From: Octopus vulgaris
Lineage: Eukaryota
Length of the DNA: 64,000 nt
Direction of reading: 5' to 3'
Assembly (NCBI GenBank): GCA_951406725.2
Contig: OX597835.1
Coordinates: forward strand, 14,198,001-14,262,000
Positions 13,196 to 25,581 of the stretch are shown here, piece after piece. Below the pieces are notes generated by a model that was given only the letters and a program-made list of their open reading frames with translations, was not told the DNA's origin and did no database searches. The first letter of the stretch is position 1. Every line of letters starts with the position of its first letter. The position numbers were made by a program, and so were the translations under genes.

Positions 13196-14702
13196 TTGTA
13201 TGCATGTAGTTTTACTATTATTTGAAACGCACTCGGAGCAAAACGTAAAAACGCTGTGCTAACTGCTACAGTATGAAACAATTTTTAACTGAAATATTTG
13301 CAAAATCCTGAAATAAGAGTGAAATAAATAGAATAGGATGTTGCATCCTAGTGCAAAATAACTTGCATCCCATAACTAAATAACTTCATAACAGTTACAG
13401 CATATAAAACCATAGCTGTTGAAGCTAGGATTGACTCTGTAACAGTAACCACAGCAATAGATAACGTGTTCAAAGTTACTTGAGGTAGTTCGGTTGAACT
13501 TATTCAAAATGCGTTCCCCGAGCAAGTGACGTAAGAGAAAAAAGACCAGATTTCAATCATCAAAGAAAAATATCAAATACCAACAGTCATTTAATTTCCA
13601 TCGTAACAGACAAGCTTGCAGACGAATAACGTATTTGATGATTATACCCGTTTATTTATTTATCATCCACTCATTGAAATAATAACTGATGTTAAATCGA
13701 CACACTAATTATAAGATGTCGTCTGCATTCAGCTAACAGGTGAATTACAAAACAAAATACGTTTCTTTGTATTTATAATGGTTTGTCATCTCTTTACATC
13801 GCGTTCTTCTTGCTATCTTGTTCATTTGATAAAATTTCTGGTCTCACATCATAGTTTTCAACGATTAAGTTTTTATCTTGTGCTTTGGCTTCAATCTCGC
13901 CTGTTGTCCATATATGGATTCATTCGATATTACTAAATTTTACTGGTTTCATTTGACGACTGAGCCAGATGTTTTCGACCAACGGCTCGAATCTCTAACC
14001 TGATTTCAGTTTCTGATAATGGCTTTGAGAAAAGATTCAATTTTCTTCAGCTGTTAACCTAACGAAGTATTTTAGCTATGTTAAATTTTTTTTTTTTTAA
14101 TGACATATCTTAGGTGAAAAATAAATGAGATATCAATTTAAAAGTAAGTTTCGTTTTCTGGTCGTTAACATTCTACTTCGAGTTCATCGTTAATGCTTTT
14201 ATCTAAAATATATAAAGTTTCCTCTTCCCGTTGCCAAAAAACTACAGAGAAGAAAAAATATATAAAAGAAACCTTAGCATACAAAATAATATTCTTCGGT
14301 TTTATTGAAATAATTAGTGGGGATATGATAATATCACAACCGTTTTTCATTTGATACGTTCGACCTTTAGTTCTCAACTACGAAGAAAAACGTGAAGAGA
14401 AGGAATTTTTTTGGTTTTCTTTTCTTTTCTACACAGAGATTTTATTATTTTCTGTGATATCAGTACATAATTTATAGTAACCTTTATATTTTTTATCTAA
14501 CCTCATAGAGAATGTTCAAAAGTGAAAGTGACTTGATATCCAGGCAGCTTGTTTTCTGCGCATTATCTGTGCGCGCGTGCGTATATATATTTGATTAATT
14601 CAACTATATAAATTCCTTTTGAATGGGTGTAAGCCTCCAAGTCTCCCAGTTATATCCAGTGTATTAGTAAAAATAACCAAAAGATGTTAGCTTCGCATTA
14701 AT

Positions 14703-15015
14703 TTGTTGTTGTTTTTTGTTCCTTCTCGAGCCACACCTGGCTCATAGGGCCGGTTTCCCGGTTTCCTTGGCGTATAGGTTCCCCACCTTGGACGGGACGC
14801 TAGTCCATCGCAGGTGAGCTGCAATATGCAGGGGGAAAGAGTGAGAGAAAGTTGTAGCGAAAGAGTCAGCAGAGGTTCGCCATTACCTTCTGCCGGAGCC
14901 GCGTGGAGCTTGGGTGATTCGCTCATAAACACACACATCGCCCGGTCTGAGATTCGAACCCGCGGTCCCTCGACCGCGAGTCCACTGCTCTAACCACTAG
15001 GCCATGTGCCTCCAC
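14703..15015 (-). mobile_element. tRNA-derived SINE, second family (head GGAGGCACATGGCCTAGTGGTTAGAGCAG, tRNA-Arg-like)
   Basis: A box TGGCCTAGTGG, B box GGTTCGAATC, (AAC)n tail; same head as 17763-18052. Confidence 0.8.
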
Positions 15016-15992
15016 TTCGCATTGATGGATATGGGTAAATTATCATTTATGTACGAGAAAAAGGAAACGGAGAAATTGACATATAGACATCAATTTGGTG
15101 AAAGTTAAGAATACACGCACATCAAGTGCTTAGGTTAGGTTTTTTGTTACACCGAAAACGGATGGTGTACGTATTCTTTACCTCCGCCATCAATCTATTA
15201 AAATTAATTCAATTCCGAACAATATCAAACTCATAGAACCTACAATCATTTCCATGTTCAATTAATGTTCAAATTAGAGAAATTAAATTAAAGATTCATA
15301 CTGAATATAGTTAATTGAACATTTCGTCAGAGTAAGAATTTGATAGAAAAAGAACCACATCCCAATGTATTGGCTGATCATTGATAGACTCAGTCTTAAA
15401 TTCAGATATGTGCGCTTGCAGAGGGGTGCGCGGTCATGGATTTTTTGGGGAGTGCTGCCCAAAAGTTTTGAAAAAAATACGATTAAAGTGGAAATCGCAA
15501 TTCGTAACAAATAGACCTATGAAACAATAATGTTGTGAAACTGCTGGAAATATAATAACAATGTTATATTTGCAACAATGCGGTTAGAAAGGATGTTGCC
15601 AGGGCAACGCCTGCATTCGCCACTGGCTTGTGCATCCTAATGCATCCTTCATTTTCTTCTTTTTCTCATATATATATATATATATCGGTCAGTTCTCCAT
15701 AAGTCAGAGAAAAAAGCACACTCCAAAATAAATTTTGACCAGTTATATCCTTTATGTATTCGAGTAGTGGCATATAACTTGGTTATGGCATATAACTGGT
15801 CAGAAAGTTACCACAAGTTTTGCATCTACTATTGCACCAAGCAATATAGATGACTCATCAGACATACTGGCCGGAAGCACAAAGCCTCTTTACTGATGGA
15901 GGTATTCATATAAATACATATATCAGTAGAAATATCTACAGTAGAAGAAAAATCTTATAATTATACCTAACTTATTTTACAGTATTTTTCTG

Positions 15993-16525
15993 GGAAAGAC
16001 TTCCGTTCGTCACCTCCCATTTTCTCCCAAATTTGTTTACTTTTTAAATTTCTTTTGCCAAAAATCGCGTTTTCGGATACGGAGGTTCGGGAAAATTGTC
16101 AAAAATCGGCATTGTGAAAATCCCCCCCCACTTCTTCAATTTTGACTTTTTTCCGCAACACTAACCCTAAAACCGTAACCGTAAGTACAGAAATGTTTTG
16201 ACCTTTTGTCCGAATCTTGATGTCCGTATTTTTCCGCATATTTAGAAAAGAAAAAATTCTTTAAAAAAATTTTACAAAGATTTTGGGAAATTTTTTTCAG
16301 AATCATAATCTCTGTATTTTCCCGCATATTTTGAGAAAAAAAATTGTGAAAAAAGTTAAAAATGAAAGAAATAGGGGTGGGGGGTGGTAATTTAGAAATG
16401 TCGATTTTTGCCAATTTTTTTGCAGATTCGTATTCCCCTTAGCCGAAAAGGTAGGTTTGTGTCGAAAAAAAAAGTTTTTGAAAAGGATGGTTTGGTGGGG
16501 GGAGGGCACGGGCGGAAGTCTTGCC
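15993..16525. mobile_element. Merlin-type MITE
   Basis: TIR GGAAAGACTTCCG / CGGAAGTCTTGCC; exact 8-bp TSD TTTTTCTG at 15985-15992 and 16526-16533. Confidence 0.8.
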
Positions 16526-17064
16526 TTTTTCTGCTTCGATATTCCAAAAATATCTCGAATAACATATAACAGCTGGTAGAAACAATAACTTCAAACTTTG
16601 CCCTCTCTCTTTTCAGAGTTACATAGCAAGATTTTCTTTCAATTACATTCTCTGTACCATGTAGGTATACGATGTATTGTCTTACTAAAGGTCAACATCG
16701 TGAATATTGAACAATAAGTTCTGGCCGGTTTTGAAAGGGCAAAACCGGATGTTTGTATGTGAATATTTAAAAGACATATAGTCGAAGCGTTACCATCTTT
16801 AATCTCCTTCACAGTAATGAATTCCTATAGATAAGGCGGCCAGAACTGTGGAGTGATAGAAACGGTAACATATCAGATTAAATATCTTTGCTTTCCGAAT
16901 TCTTTGGGTCGAGTATATGTAAATATCAGCCATTACTTATCAATGTTAATCGATTTTTTTTTTTTTTGAAGCCTATGAAACATAAGGTTGGTTATCCGTT
17001 TTCCATGAGATATAAGTGGCCGAGATCTCAACATGCCCCATAATAGGACACCAGTCAGTTACAG

Positions 17065-17315
17065 GGTTTCAAGGCCAGCAATTTTGAAGAGAAGAGATAA
17101 GCCGAGTACATCGACCCCTGTACTTGAGGTATTTTATTTTAAGGACTTCAAAGGGATGAAGGGCAAAACTGATCTCGGCGTGATTTGAAATCAGAACATG
17201 AAGAGGCAAAAGAAATGCCTCTCAGCGAGATTTGAACTCAAAACGAAAAGATTCAGAAGAAACGTCGCTAAGCATTTCATCAAACGTGTTAATGATCCTG
17301 CGAGCTCGTAGCCTT
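17065..17315 (-). mobile_element. Degenerate SINE copy with internal duplication
   Basis: Similar to the GGCGGCGAGCT SINE family; GATTTGAA(A/C)TCA..AAC..AAGA segment occurs twice. Confidence 0.55.
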
Positions 17316-17666
17316 TAATTGACTGTATTCCGCCTCGGAAATTTTATGATTCGGTGCTAAAGCGTGAAATCAATATCTAGGACAGTAGACGTGATTGAAA
17401 ATGTAGAGTGCTGAACTAAATAAAGTATAGAGTTCATTTCGACTGCTCAACGTAATCTGAGTTCAAACCTTTGTTGTAGCGGTTTAAAAAACGGTGAATC
17501 AAGGAATAGACTTGCGCGCGCGCGCACACACACACAATCAACTTCCAAACAGTTTTCGACAACCAAATTCACTTGGAAGGCATTTGCACCAGGTACTGCA
17601 CTGAGTGACTGAAACTGAAATCACGTGGTTGGAAAACTAGCTTCTTAACCACAGCCGCGCGCGCGC

Positions 17667-17732
<66 letters not shown>

Positions 17733-17762
17733 ATGTATGTATGTATGTATGTATATGTGTGT

Positions 17763-18046
17763 GGAGGCGCAATGGCCCAGTGGTTAGGGCAGCGGACTCG
17801 CGGTTTCGATTCCCAGACCGGGCGTTGTGAGTGTTTATTGACCGAAAACACCTAAAGCTCCACGAGGCTCTGGCAGGGGGTGGTGGCGATCCCTGCTGTA
17901 CTCTTTCGCCACATCTTTCTCTCACTCTTTCTTCTGTTGGCCTGCTCGCTTAGCCAGCGGGGTGGCGTCATTTGAAGGCTAAAACAATGCGAACGCATTG
18001 TGACTAGCGATGTGTAACAACATCTGATGGTCTGGTCGGTCACGTG

Positions 18047-18052
<6 letters not shown>
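17763..18052 (+). mobile_element. tRNA-derived SINE (same head as 14703-15015, different 3' tail)
   Basis: GGAGGCGCAATGGCCCAGTGGTTAGGGCAGCGGACTCGCGG head; body shared up to CTTTCTCTCACTCTTT, then diverges. Confidence 0.8.
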
Positions 18053-18080
<28 letters not shown>

Positions 18081-18734
18081 CTATATATAAATAAATTTAA
18101 TTCGTCCTTAGTCGAGAGACACCTGTTGCTAATGTCCTGCATTAGTCCTTGTTTTCGTATAAATTCCTGCTTTCATCCAAGGAACCTAGTGCTTTTAGCT
18201 TAGATTTTCCTTGGGGCTGGCCAGATTGGAGCAGTCTCGAGTATAACCAGCCGAAACTGCAAATCTAATCTGGAACTCGACTGATGAAAGAAAACTCTGA
18301 ATGATCCGTCCTTGTTTTTTCTTGTCCATTTTTTGTATCATCTGTCTTGATGTTTTGCGTTCTTGCGAAGAAAAAAAGATACCCTTCTTGTCCCATTTTT
18401 TTGTATTCTATATATGTGTGTGTGTGTGTAAACAGGTGATTCTTTATCAATTGCTTCTGTCAAAATTTTTAGAAAACCTCCGAAACCATAAGTTCATGCC
18501 AACTGATATTGCAACTCCGCCTATTTGTTTTGGCTTGGCCATCAACCAGAATAACGATTTGAGTACTTTTATTCAAATCTAAGCCTCGTTATACGTTGTA
18601 TCTGTGACCAAGACATTTATTTATCAACATCTTCCTTGTCCGCCACGTCAAAGTAAATGCTGTTGTATTTAATGAAAGATTCTAACTTCCATTTCCTTTA
18701 CAAGGAAAAGTTAATGACAGTAACTTTTTGAAAA

Positions 18735-19855
18735 TATTCTTTACTACTCTAGACACAATGCTCGACATTTTGTGGGAGGTGGGGCCAGTCGATTAGATCG
18801 ACTTCAGTACGCAACTGGTACTTAATTTATCGACACCCGAAAGGATGAAAAGCAAAATCGACCTCGGGGAATTTGAATTCAGAACGTAGTGGCACACGAA
18901 ATATCTATTTCTTTACTACCCATAAGGGGCTAAACACAGAGAGGACAAACAAGGACAGACAAACGGATTAAGTCGATTATATCGATCAAGTACGTAACTG
19001 GTACTTATTTAATCGACCCCAAAAGGATGAAAGGCAAAGTCGACCTCGGCGGAATTTGAACTCAGAACGTAGCGGCAGACGAAATACCTATTTCTTTACT
19101 ACCCACAAGGGGCTAAACACAGAGGGGACAAACAAGGACAGACAAAAACGGATTAAGTCAATTATATTGACCCCAGTGCGGGATCTTTTCATTTTGAACG
19201 GCACATGTCAACACAATTTCTAGTTAACTAAACACTAACCCTAAAACAGATTGAAATGCAATAGATCGATACTAGGGTTATAATTATGGGTGACATTTTC
19301 ATTTGATACCGCTAGAAAAAAATCCCATTTTCCGTAGCGTTGTCGTATGAAAATGTCACCCATAATTATAACCCAAGTATCGATCTATTGCATTTCAATC
19401 TGTTTTAGGGTTAGGGTTAGGGGTTGGGGAAGGGTATCTTTTTTACTTCGCAAATGTAAATAAACCCAATCTGTTTCTTAAACGAGGGACATATTCATAC
19501 AGCACGGAATGTTTTCACCCCAAATGGAGGTCAGCGATTGGTTAAAATTGCCGAAATGCTCAAAATTAAAGTGGAAATATCTTACAAACTATAGAATTTT
19601 CTCAATAAAGCCAAGAAAAAATGATGTTTTATAAACACATTCTACCAGTATACGAAGTTTAAATGTGTTTAGGTGACTAGAAATTGCCTTTCTAAAGGAA
19701 AAGACCCCTAGTGCGTAACTGGTACTTATTTAATCGCTCCCGAAAGGATGAAAGGCAAAGTCGACCTCGGTGGAATTTGAACTCAGAATGTAGCAGCAGA
19801 GGAAATACTGCTAAGCATTTCGCCCGGCGTGCTAACGTTTCTGCAGCTCGCCGCC
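18735..19855 (-). mobile_element. Tandem/nested SINE array: one head and three bodies, two of which end in a Tx1-like 3' tail; interrupted by a MITE
   Basis: Minus-strand order: head - body - tail(GCCCCTTGTGGGTAGTAAAGAAATA) - GGTATTTCGTCTGCC body - tail - GATATTTCGTGTGCC body - ordinary tail. Confidence 0.8.
19181..19707. mobile_element. Merlin-type MITE (11906-12625 family, left arm partly deleted) inserted in the SINE
   Basis: TIR GGATCTTTTC; TSD CCAGTGCG/CTAGTGCG; the SINE resumes on both sides. Confidence 0.8.
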
Positions 19856-20208
19856 ATACTCTGTGAAAATGTTTGTATCTCATATGCTTAATGCTATATG
19901 AAATTGGTGATGAGTACTTACGCTGTGGCTCCTAGAGACTCGAGAAGGGATTAATTTTTGTAGGAACACTGCTATTAAACTTTTTAGTTTCAAGAGAAGA
20001 AAGCACATTTAATTTCTTTGCCTGTCATTTATTTCAATCATTCGACCACGGCCAAGCTGGAACACCGCGTTAAAAGATTTTAATCTAACAAATCAACCGC
20101 TGGGTTTCTTTTAATGTTTAAAAAGTTTTTTTTTAAAGTTTAGTACTTATTCTATCCATCTCTTTTACTAAAACTCTAATTTACAGGGATGTAAACAAAA
20201 CAATACTG

Positions 20209-20704
20209 GGTAATTGTTCAGTTTAGTAGAATAAAAAGAAATAAAATTAAGGGGAGATGAGTAGTAAAAGAAGCAGCTTGCGTTTTATACAGCATAAAGA
20301 CTGGCGATCACCGCCAGAAAGTGAACAAATGTCTTCTTTTTCTCAGTGGAATTACACCAGAGAAACTCATACAGATATGAAACAAACAATTCGTCCCATG
20401 TCCCAAACTGTCGTCTCAACTTCCGTTTCACCTGCATTAACATATTTTCCACATTTTGTGTGGACGTCTTGATCATGAGGATCAACAAAATGTTGTTGTA
20501 GGCACCACCATTGAGGATACCAATGTTCGTCATCCATCGCTGATTGTGTGAGACACAGGCAAAATCTACCTTTGTATCAGCTCAGTTAAAGTTTCTTCTG
20601 TGCGGTCAGGTACTTCGACCAAATAACACTTCCTCGAGACTCTTTATGCCACCGAACTACTTATCTGCCCCTTAATTTTTATATAACTAAACTGAACAAT
20701 TACC
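20209..20704 (-). mobile_element. Internally deleted Merlin (IS1016/IS1595-like) DNA transposon inserted in an older repeat
   Basis: TIR GGTAATTGTTCAGTTTAGT; exact TSD CAATACTG. Minus ORF 20285-20533 has ..STQNVENMLMQVKRKLRRQFGT..LFVSYLYEFLW, preceded by ISDGW in another frame; typical of the IS1595-type transposase C-terminus. Confidence 0.82.
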
Positions 20705-22329
20705 CAATACTGTCTGTCAAGTGGTGGTAGTGATGTTGGTGGGAACAAACACTGACACGAATACACGTATGCATATAGATATATATGTTATACGACCCAC
20801 AGTTCCAGCTATCAAATTAACTCACAAGGCATAAATCAGTCCAGGGTTATAGCAGAAGACACTTGTCTAAGGGGACTGAGCTCCCAAGTGAGCTTCTTAA
20901 CCGCACAGCCGTATCTGTGCCTATCAAAAGGTTTCTGAGGTGGGATTATTTTTAGTAATCGAAGCATTACAAATAGGATCGATATCGAATCGTGCTTTCA
21001 AAGCCCTTTCCACTTATTCCCTTTGTTCTCTCTTCCTCTTTTTACTCTCTCTCTCTCTCTCTCTCTCTTGTTTTATTTCTCTCTCATCTGTTCCATTTCT
21101 TTATTTCTGTTCTGCAGATGTGAATGAGATATATTAATTATTGACGAACTATGAATAGCACGCAACGTTTCCTTTATACACAAGCAACTCGCCCGCTAAT
21201 TTCAGGCCCTGTAGAAAAATCTAAGAAACGCTCTAGTATAATCGACTACAAAAATGTTTTCCTACGTCCAACATTCAAGGAAAGTATTGTGTGTGAAGCA
21301 TATGACATGAAAATTCCAGCTTATAGTGTAGAGGTTGATTCAGGTAAATATAAGTTAAATGATTTGAATAACTTAAACACACTCCAACAGGCAGTGAAGG
21401 TATGGCCTAGTAATTAGAGGTATTATGCTCACAATCATGTGGTCGCTGTTTCAGTTCCCAAATGTGTTGGTGCTCTAGAGAAAAACTCTTGCAGTGAGTC
21501 AGAAATGCTACTTTTGTTGCCATGTTGTTGCACTATAAGAACTCCAGCCAATCAGAGCTGGGCGTATATCAATACTAGAGGCAGTTCTTTGCCCATGAAG
21601 AGAAGTGAGAGTTTTAATTTAATTAGCCGATAGAGAGCAGAAAAGTAACATCTATCTTTCGACATGGAGCGGCAACTTTGCTTTGCACACCAACTTCGTG
21701 TCTGCTAGTTTTGAATTATATCACATCTCTCTTTCAACATGGAACAGCTCTTTGTTCTTCACATCTTTGTTGTGAGGCTAACTCTGAATTATATCAACTC
21801 GTGACTTACCACTAAATCTATTGTACAAACATAAGTGATAAAAGCTTTCCCTGACTCACACACACATACATACAAGTTACACATCTTACTACTTGTCAAG
21901 TGATGTTAATTAAAAAATATTTTTGAATAAAAATTGCTTTCTGATATTTTTCCTTTTACCAACTTCCACACTATAAATTATTGACAACACTCTCACTACA
22001 CTGGTGACACTATAAATGCACTCACACTAAAATTGTAGACACAACAAACGAACACCCTCACTAAATTGGTGACTTTCTACATAGGTGACTTACTACACTC
22101 TTTATTTCAGTTTGCTTTAGTCACTCAGATACAAATGAGTAACACTGCCATAACTAGCACTGTCTGTTATGTTGATGAGGGTTCCAGTTGACCCAACAAT
22201 GGAACAGCCTACTCGTGAGATTAATGGTGCAAGTTGTTGAGTGCTCCCCAGACACACTCATAATGTAGTTTTCAAGGAGACTTAGCAAAATTCAGAATGT
22301 GACAAGGCTGGTCCTTTGAAATATAGGTA

Positions 22330-22831
22330 CCGTAAATCCTCGAATATAGTCCGTCCTTGAGTATAATGCACAGGGGATTTTTAGGGGGCTGTACCTCTGA
22401 AAAACCTAAACTTTGTGTATAATATGCACTCCTTCTCTAACTTGAATCAAAGAGGGCTATATAACGTCCTTGGTTTGTAAAACTGTATATGGTAATGAAC
22501 TTTATTATTATTGTATATATATAACATAATGCAAACGTGTAGCATTTTTGTGCATTTTGTTTGCAGAAAATAAAGAAATAACAGTAATAACGTTTAATAA
22601 ATGTTGCTTACTGCAAGTTATGGATGATTCTTTTATGACTTCATTGCTTTCAGGCTTAGCTTAAGGTATATTTTCGTGCCCGACATCACAAAATGTGTCT
22701 GAATAAACATTGCCAGACAGCAATTAGAGATTCGGACATTGCTTAGAAAATATTTTTCATTTTTAACCTTGTGTATAATACGCACTAGGGATTTTGGGGA
22801 AAAAATGCAGATTATACTCAAAGATTTACGG
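22330..22831. mobile_element. Non-autonomous pogo/Tigger-like element
   Basis: TA-flanked TIRs CCGTAAATCCTCGAATATAGTCCG / CAGATTATACTCAAAGATTTACGG. Confidence 0.7.
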
Positions 22832-23440
22832 TACTACTGGGGTTTTTTTTGTCAGCTGCATGAACTGGGACTACATGAAATAAAATGTTTTGCTCAAGGA
22901 CACGACACACTGCTGGGAATCGAACTCACAACCTTACAGCCATAAGCTGAATACCTATCCATTAAGCAATGCACCTTCAACCCCACCCACCTTACTGGTT
23001 GATGAGTGAGGTCTGTCTCTTGAACAGTGGATGGTAAATCCAATAATTTTGTTTTCCTCTCAAAAGTTTTAATGTATTTTTTCTTATTTCCTTGTTCTGT
23101 GCAGATAGTTTCTGGAAATTCTTGTATTCTAACAAATGGAAAGATTGCTGTATGATACGTGTAAAACCTGGATTTCTGAATACCGATTTGACCATGACAT
23201 TAGCAACTTTATTGGAGAATAAACAAATATCAAGTCATAAAACTGTTGGCTTTATTAAATTTAGATCAAGCAATATTAATGAAGTGAAACCACAGGTAGG
23301 CTGGGTACTTTAAGTTTCCTACATTTTTGTCTTTTGCTCGTCCAGAGCATCTTCATAATTTTGTCCTAAACATGCATTCTTGTTTTCAGACTTTTAGTTA
23401 GTCCTGCTTTCATGTGTTTGGAGTAATGTAAATGTAATGG

Positions 23441-23740
23441 ATCATCATCATCATCATCATTGTTTAACGTCTGCTTTCCATGCTAGCATGGGTTGGACAA
23501 TTTAACTGAGGACTGGCGAACTAGATAGCTGCACCAGGCTCCAATCTGATCTGGCAGAGTTTCTACAGCTGGATGCCCTTCCTAATGCCAACCACTCCGT
23601 GAGTGTAGTGGGTGCTTTTATATGCCACCAGCACAAGAGCCAGTTAGGTGGTACTGGCAATGGCCACGCTCAAATGGTGCTTTTTATGTGCCACCTGCAC
23701 AGGAGCCAGTCCAGTGTCACTGACAACGACCTTGTTCAAA
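23441..23740 (-). mobile_element. Retroposon 3' portion with (GAT)n tail
   Basis: (CAT)n followed by GTTTAACGTCTGCTTTCCATGCTAGCATGGGTTGGAC; similar to 5156-5212. Confidence 0.6.
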
Positions 23741-24234
23741 TGTTTTTTTCAAAAAACGATGGTTGGAATCACTAGCATTGCTTGGGGGAGGGGCAGTAGG
23801 GGTGGCACTTTTAAAGGGGCACCACTTTTAGGTCTGCTTTAGGCAATGTGTGTTTTTTGTGGGGTCTAGGGGTGGAAAATGGAAGAGTTGCCCCGGGTGG
23901 CACACACTCTAGCTACGCTCGTGGTTGGAATGGTCTTTATTTTACTGTTACAATATAAGAAGCAACTTCCTCGAGTTGCACAAAGATTAGTCAAAGTTCT
24001 GTTAAGAATTTCTTAAGTAGCTGTGTTCATCTGGTTGGAAGGAAAAAAGAGAGAAAGAGAATAAAACAATTCACTCCACTAGGTTGCTGAGTAAAGAGGG
24101 TGGAGTTGTATAGTCCCTCAGAAACATGCAGTAGGTGCTCCTTCTGTTAGGTACCAGGTGAAAGAACAATGAGCTTTGGGCCAGGCACTGAAGAAAGAGG
24201 GAGAATTTAATTTGGGTTATGTATTTATAGTATC

Positions 24235-24607
24235 TTTACCTCTGCCTTAGCAAAGGCGGAGGTATTGTTTTCAGTCATGTTTATTTGTTTGTTTGTCTGT
24301 GGAGAAGATATCTCAAGAACCACCAGATGAATTCGGATGAAACTTTCAGGGATGTTTGTCCTTGTGACTGGCACAAACTGATTAGATTTTGGGATTGATC
24401 TGGTTCTGAACAAGGATTCTAGATTATTTTTCCTGTTTTTTTTTACTTAATTTTTGAGAGCAGTCGGGTTCATTTTTAGTATTCTCATTTGTAAGAGCAG
24501 TAGAGTTTATTTTAGATATTCTCATTTTAAAAATCCTCTCTGGCTAATCATTGAGAGGACATTGGTGTTGCCTTGGCGGAGGTTTGCACTTTCTGAGTGC
24601 TCTTGTT
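24235..24607 (+). mobile_element. Helentron-associated non-autonomous element (HINE/DINE-1-like)
   Basis: 5' subTIR TTACCTCTGCC with nearby inverted GGCGGAGGTA; (TTTG)n; 3' subTIR TTGGCGGAGGT followed by hairpin GCACTTTCTGAGTGC. Confidence 0.7.
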
Positions 24608-25249
24608 CTAATTAAATTACGTCATGCTAAACAAAAGGGTTTTAGTTTGTTTTGAACTAAGTTTGACAAGATATAGTCACAGGTTAACAGTCAACTTACA
24701 TAAATTTTTTAGTGCTAATGCCAAGAACACTAGGTGGGGACTCACAGAAAAATCTAGACTGGGTTTCAAATGGTGCACTTCAGAATCCAGGGAAGCGATT
24801 CGCTTGCGCAAACTTTTCCTTTCATAGGTCCCAAGTTACTTTGGTCATTTCCATTTACCAAATTCACTCACATGACATTATTTGGCCTGGGTTTTAGTAG
24901 AAGATATTTGTTTGCATGGTTGTGAGGATAACTGACCATACAGCTGTGAAGCAAACTTCTCAACCATACAGTTATGCATGGATATGCACATGTGTGCAGT
25001 TATGCATGTGTATCATCAGACTGTGGCCATGCTGGGACACTACCTTAAAGAATTTCAGTCAAATGAATCGACCACAGTACTTTTTTTCTTTTTCAAGCCT
25101 GGTACTTATTCTATCAAACTCTTTTGCTAAACTGCCAAGTTAAGGGAATGTAAACACACCAACATTGGTTGTTAAGGAGTGACAGGGGGACAAACACAGA
25201 CACCACACATGCACACACACACACTCAACGGGCTTCATTCAGTTTCCAT

Positions 25250-25349
25250 NNNNNNNNNNNNNNNNNNNNNNNNNNNNNNNNNNNNNNNNNNNNNNNNNNN
25301 NNNNNNNNNNNNNNNNNNNNNNNNNNNNNNNNNNNNNNNNNNNNNNNNN
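25250..25349. other. Assembly gap (100 N)
   Basis: Run of N. Confidence 1.
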
Positions 25350-25536
25350 TGGGGTCGAGAATCAGAAACACAAACCACAGACTTTCTAGGGGACGCAAAT
25401 CGACCTTTTTTAACTCTAAAAAAAAATTACCATCATTTTTTTCCCATTTTTTTGCTATTTTTTGGCTATAACTCTCTAAAAATGCTTTATAGTTATTTCC
25501 CTTACAAACCTGAGCAACGCCGGGCGATACTGCTAG

Positions 25537-25540
<4 letters not shown>
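25350..25540 (-). mobile_element. End of a non-autonomous Helitron-like element
   Basis: Minus strand starts TACTAGCAGTATCGCCCGGCGTTGCTCAGG (CTAG plus GC-rich hairpin) next to a (TA)n tract. Confidence 0.5.

Positions 25541-25581
<41 letters not shown>

Noticed and set aside
14940-15012. tRNA-Arg gene (also ~17763-17825)
   Set aside because: tRNA-like SINE head continuing into a SINE body; no proper cloverleaf or terminator
21485-21972. Possible solo LTR (TATA-like motif, AATAAA, ..CA end); similar impression at ~7925-8400
   Set aside because: No clear termini, TSD or second copy in the window
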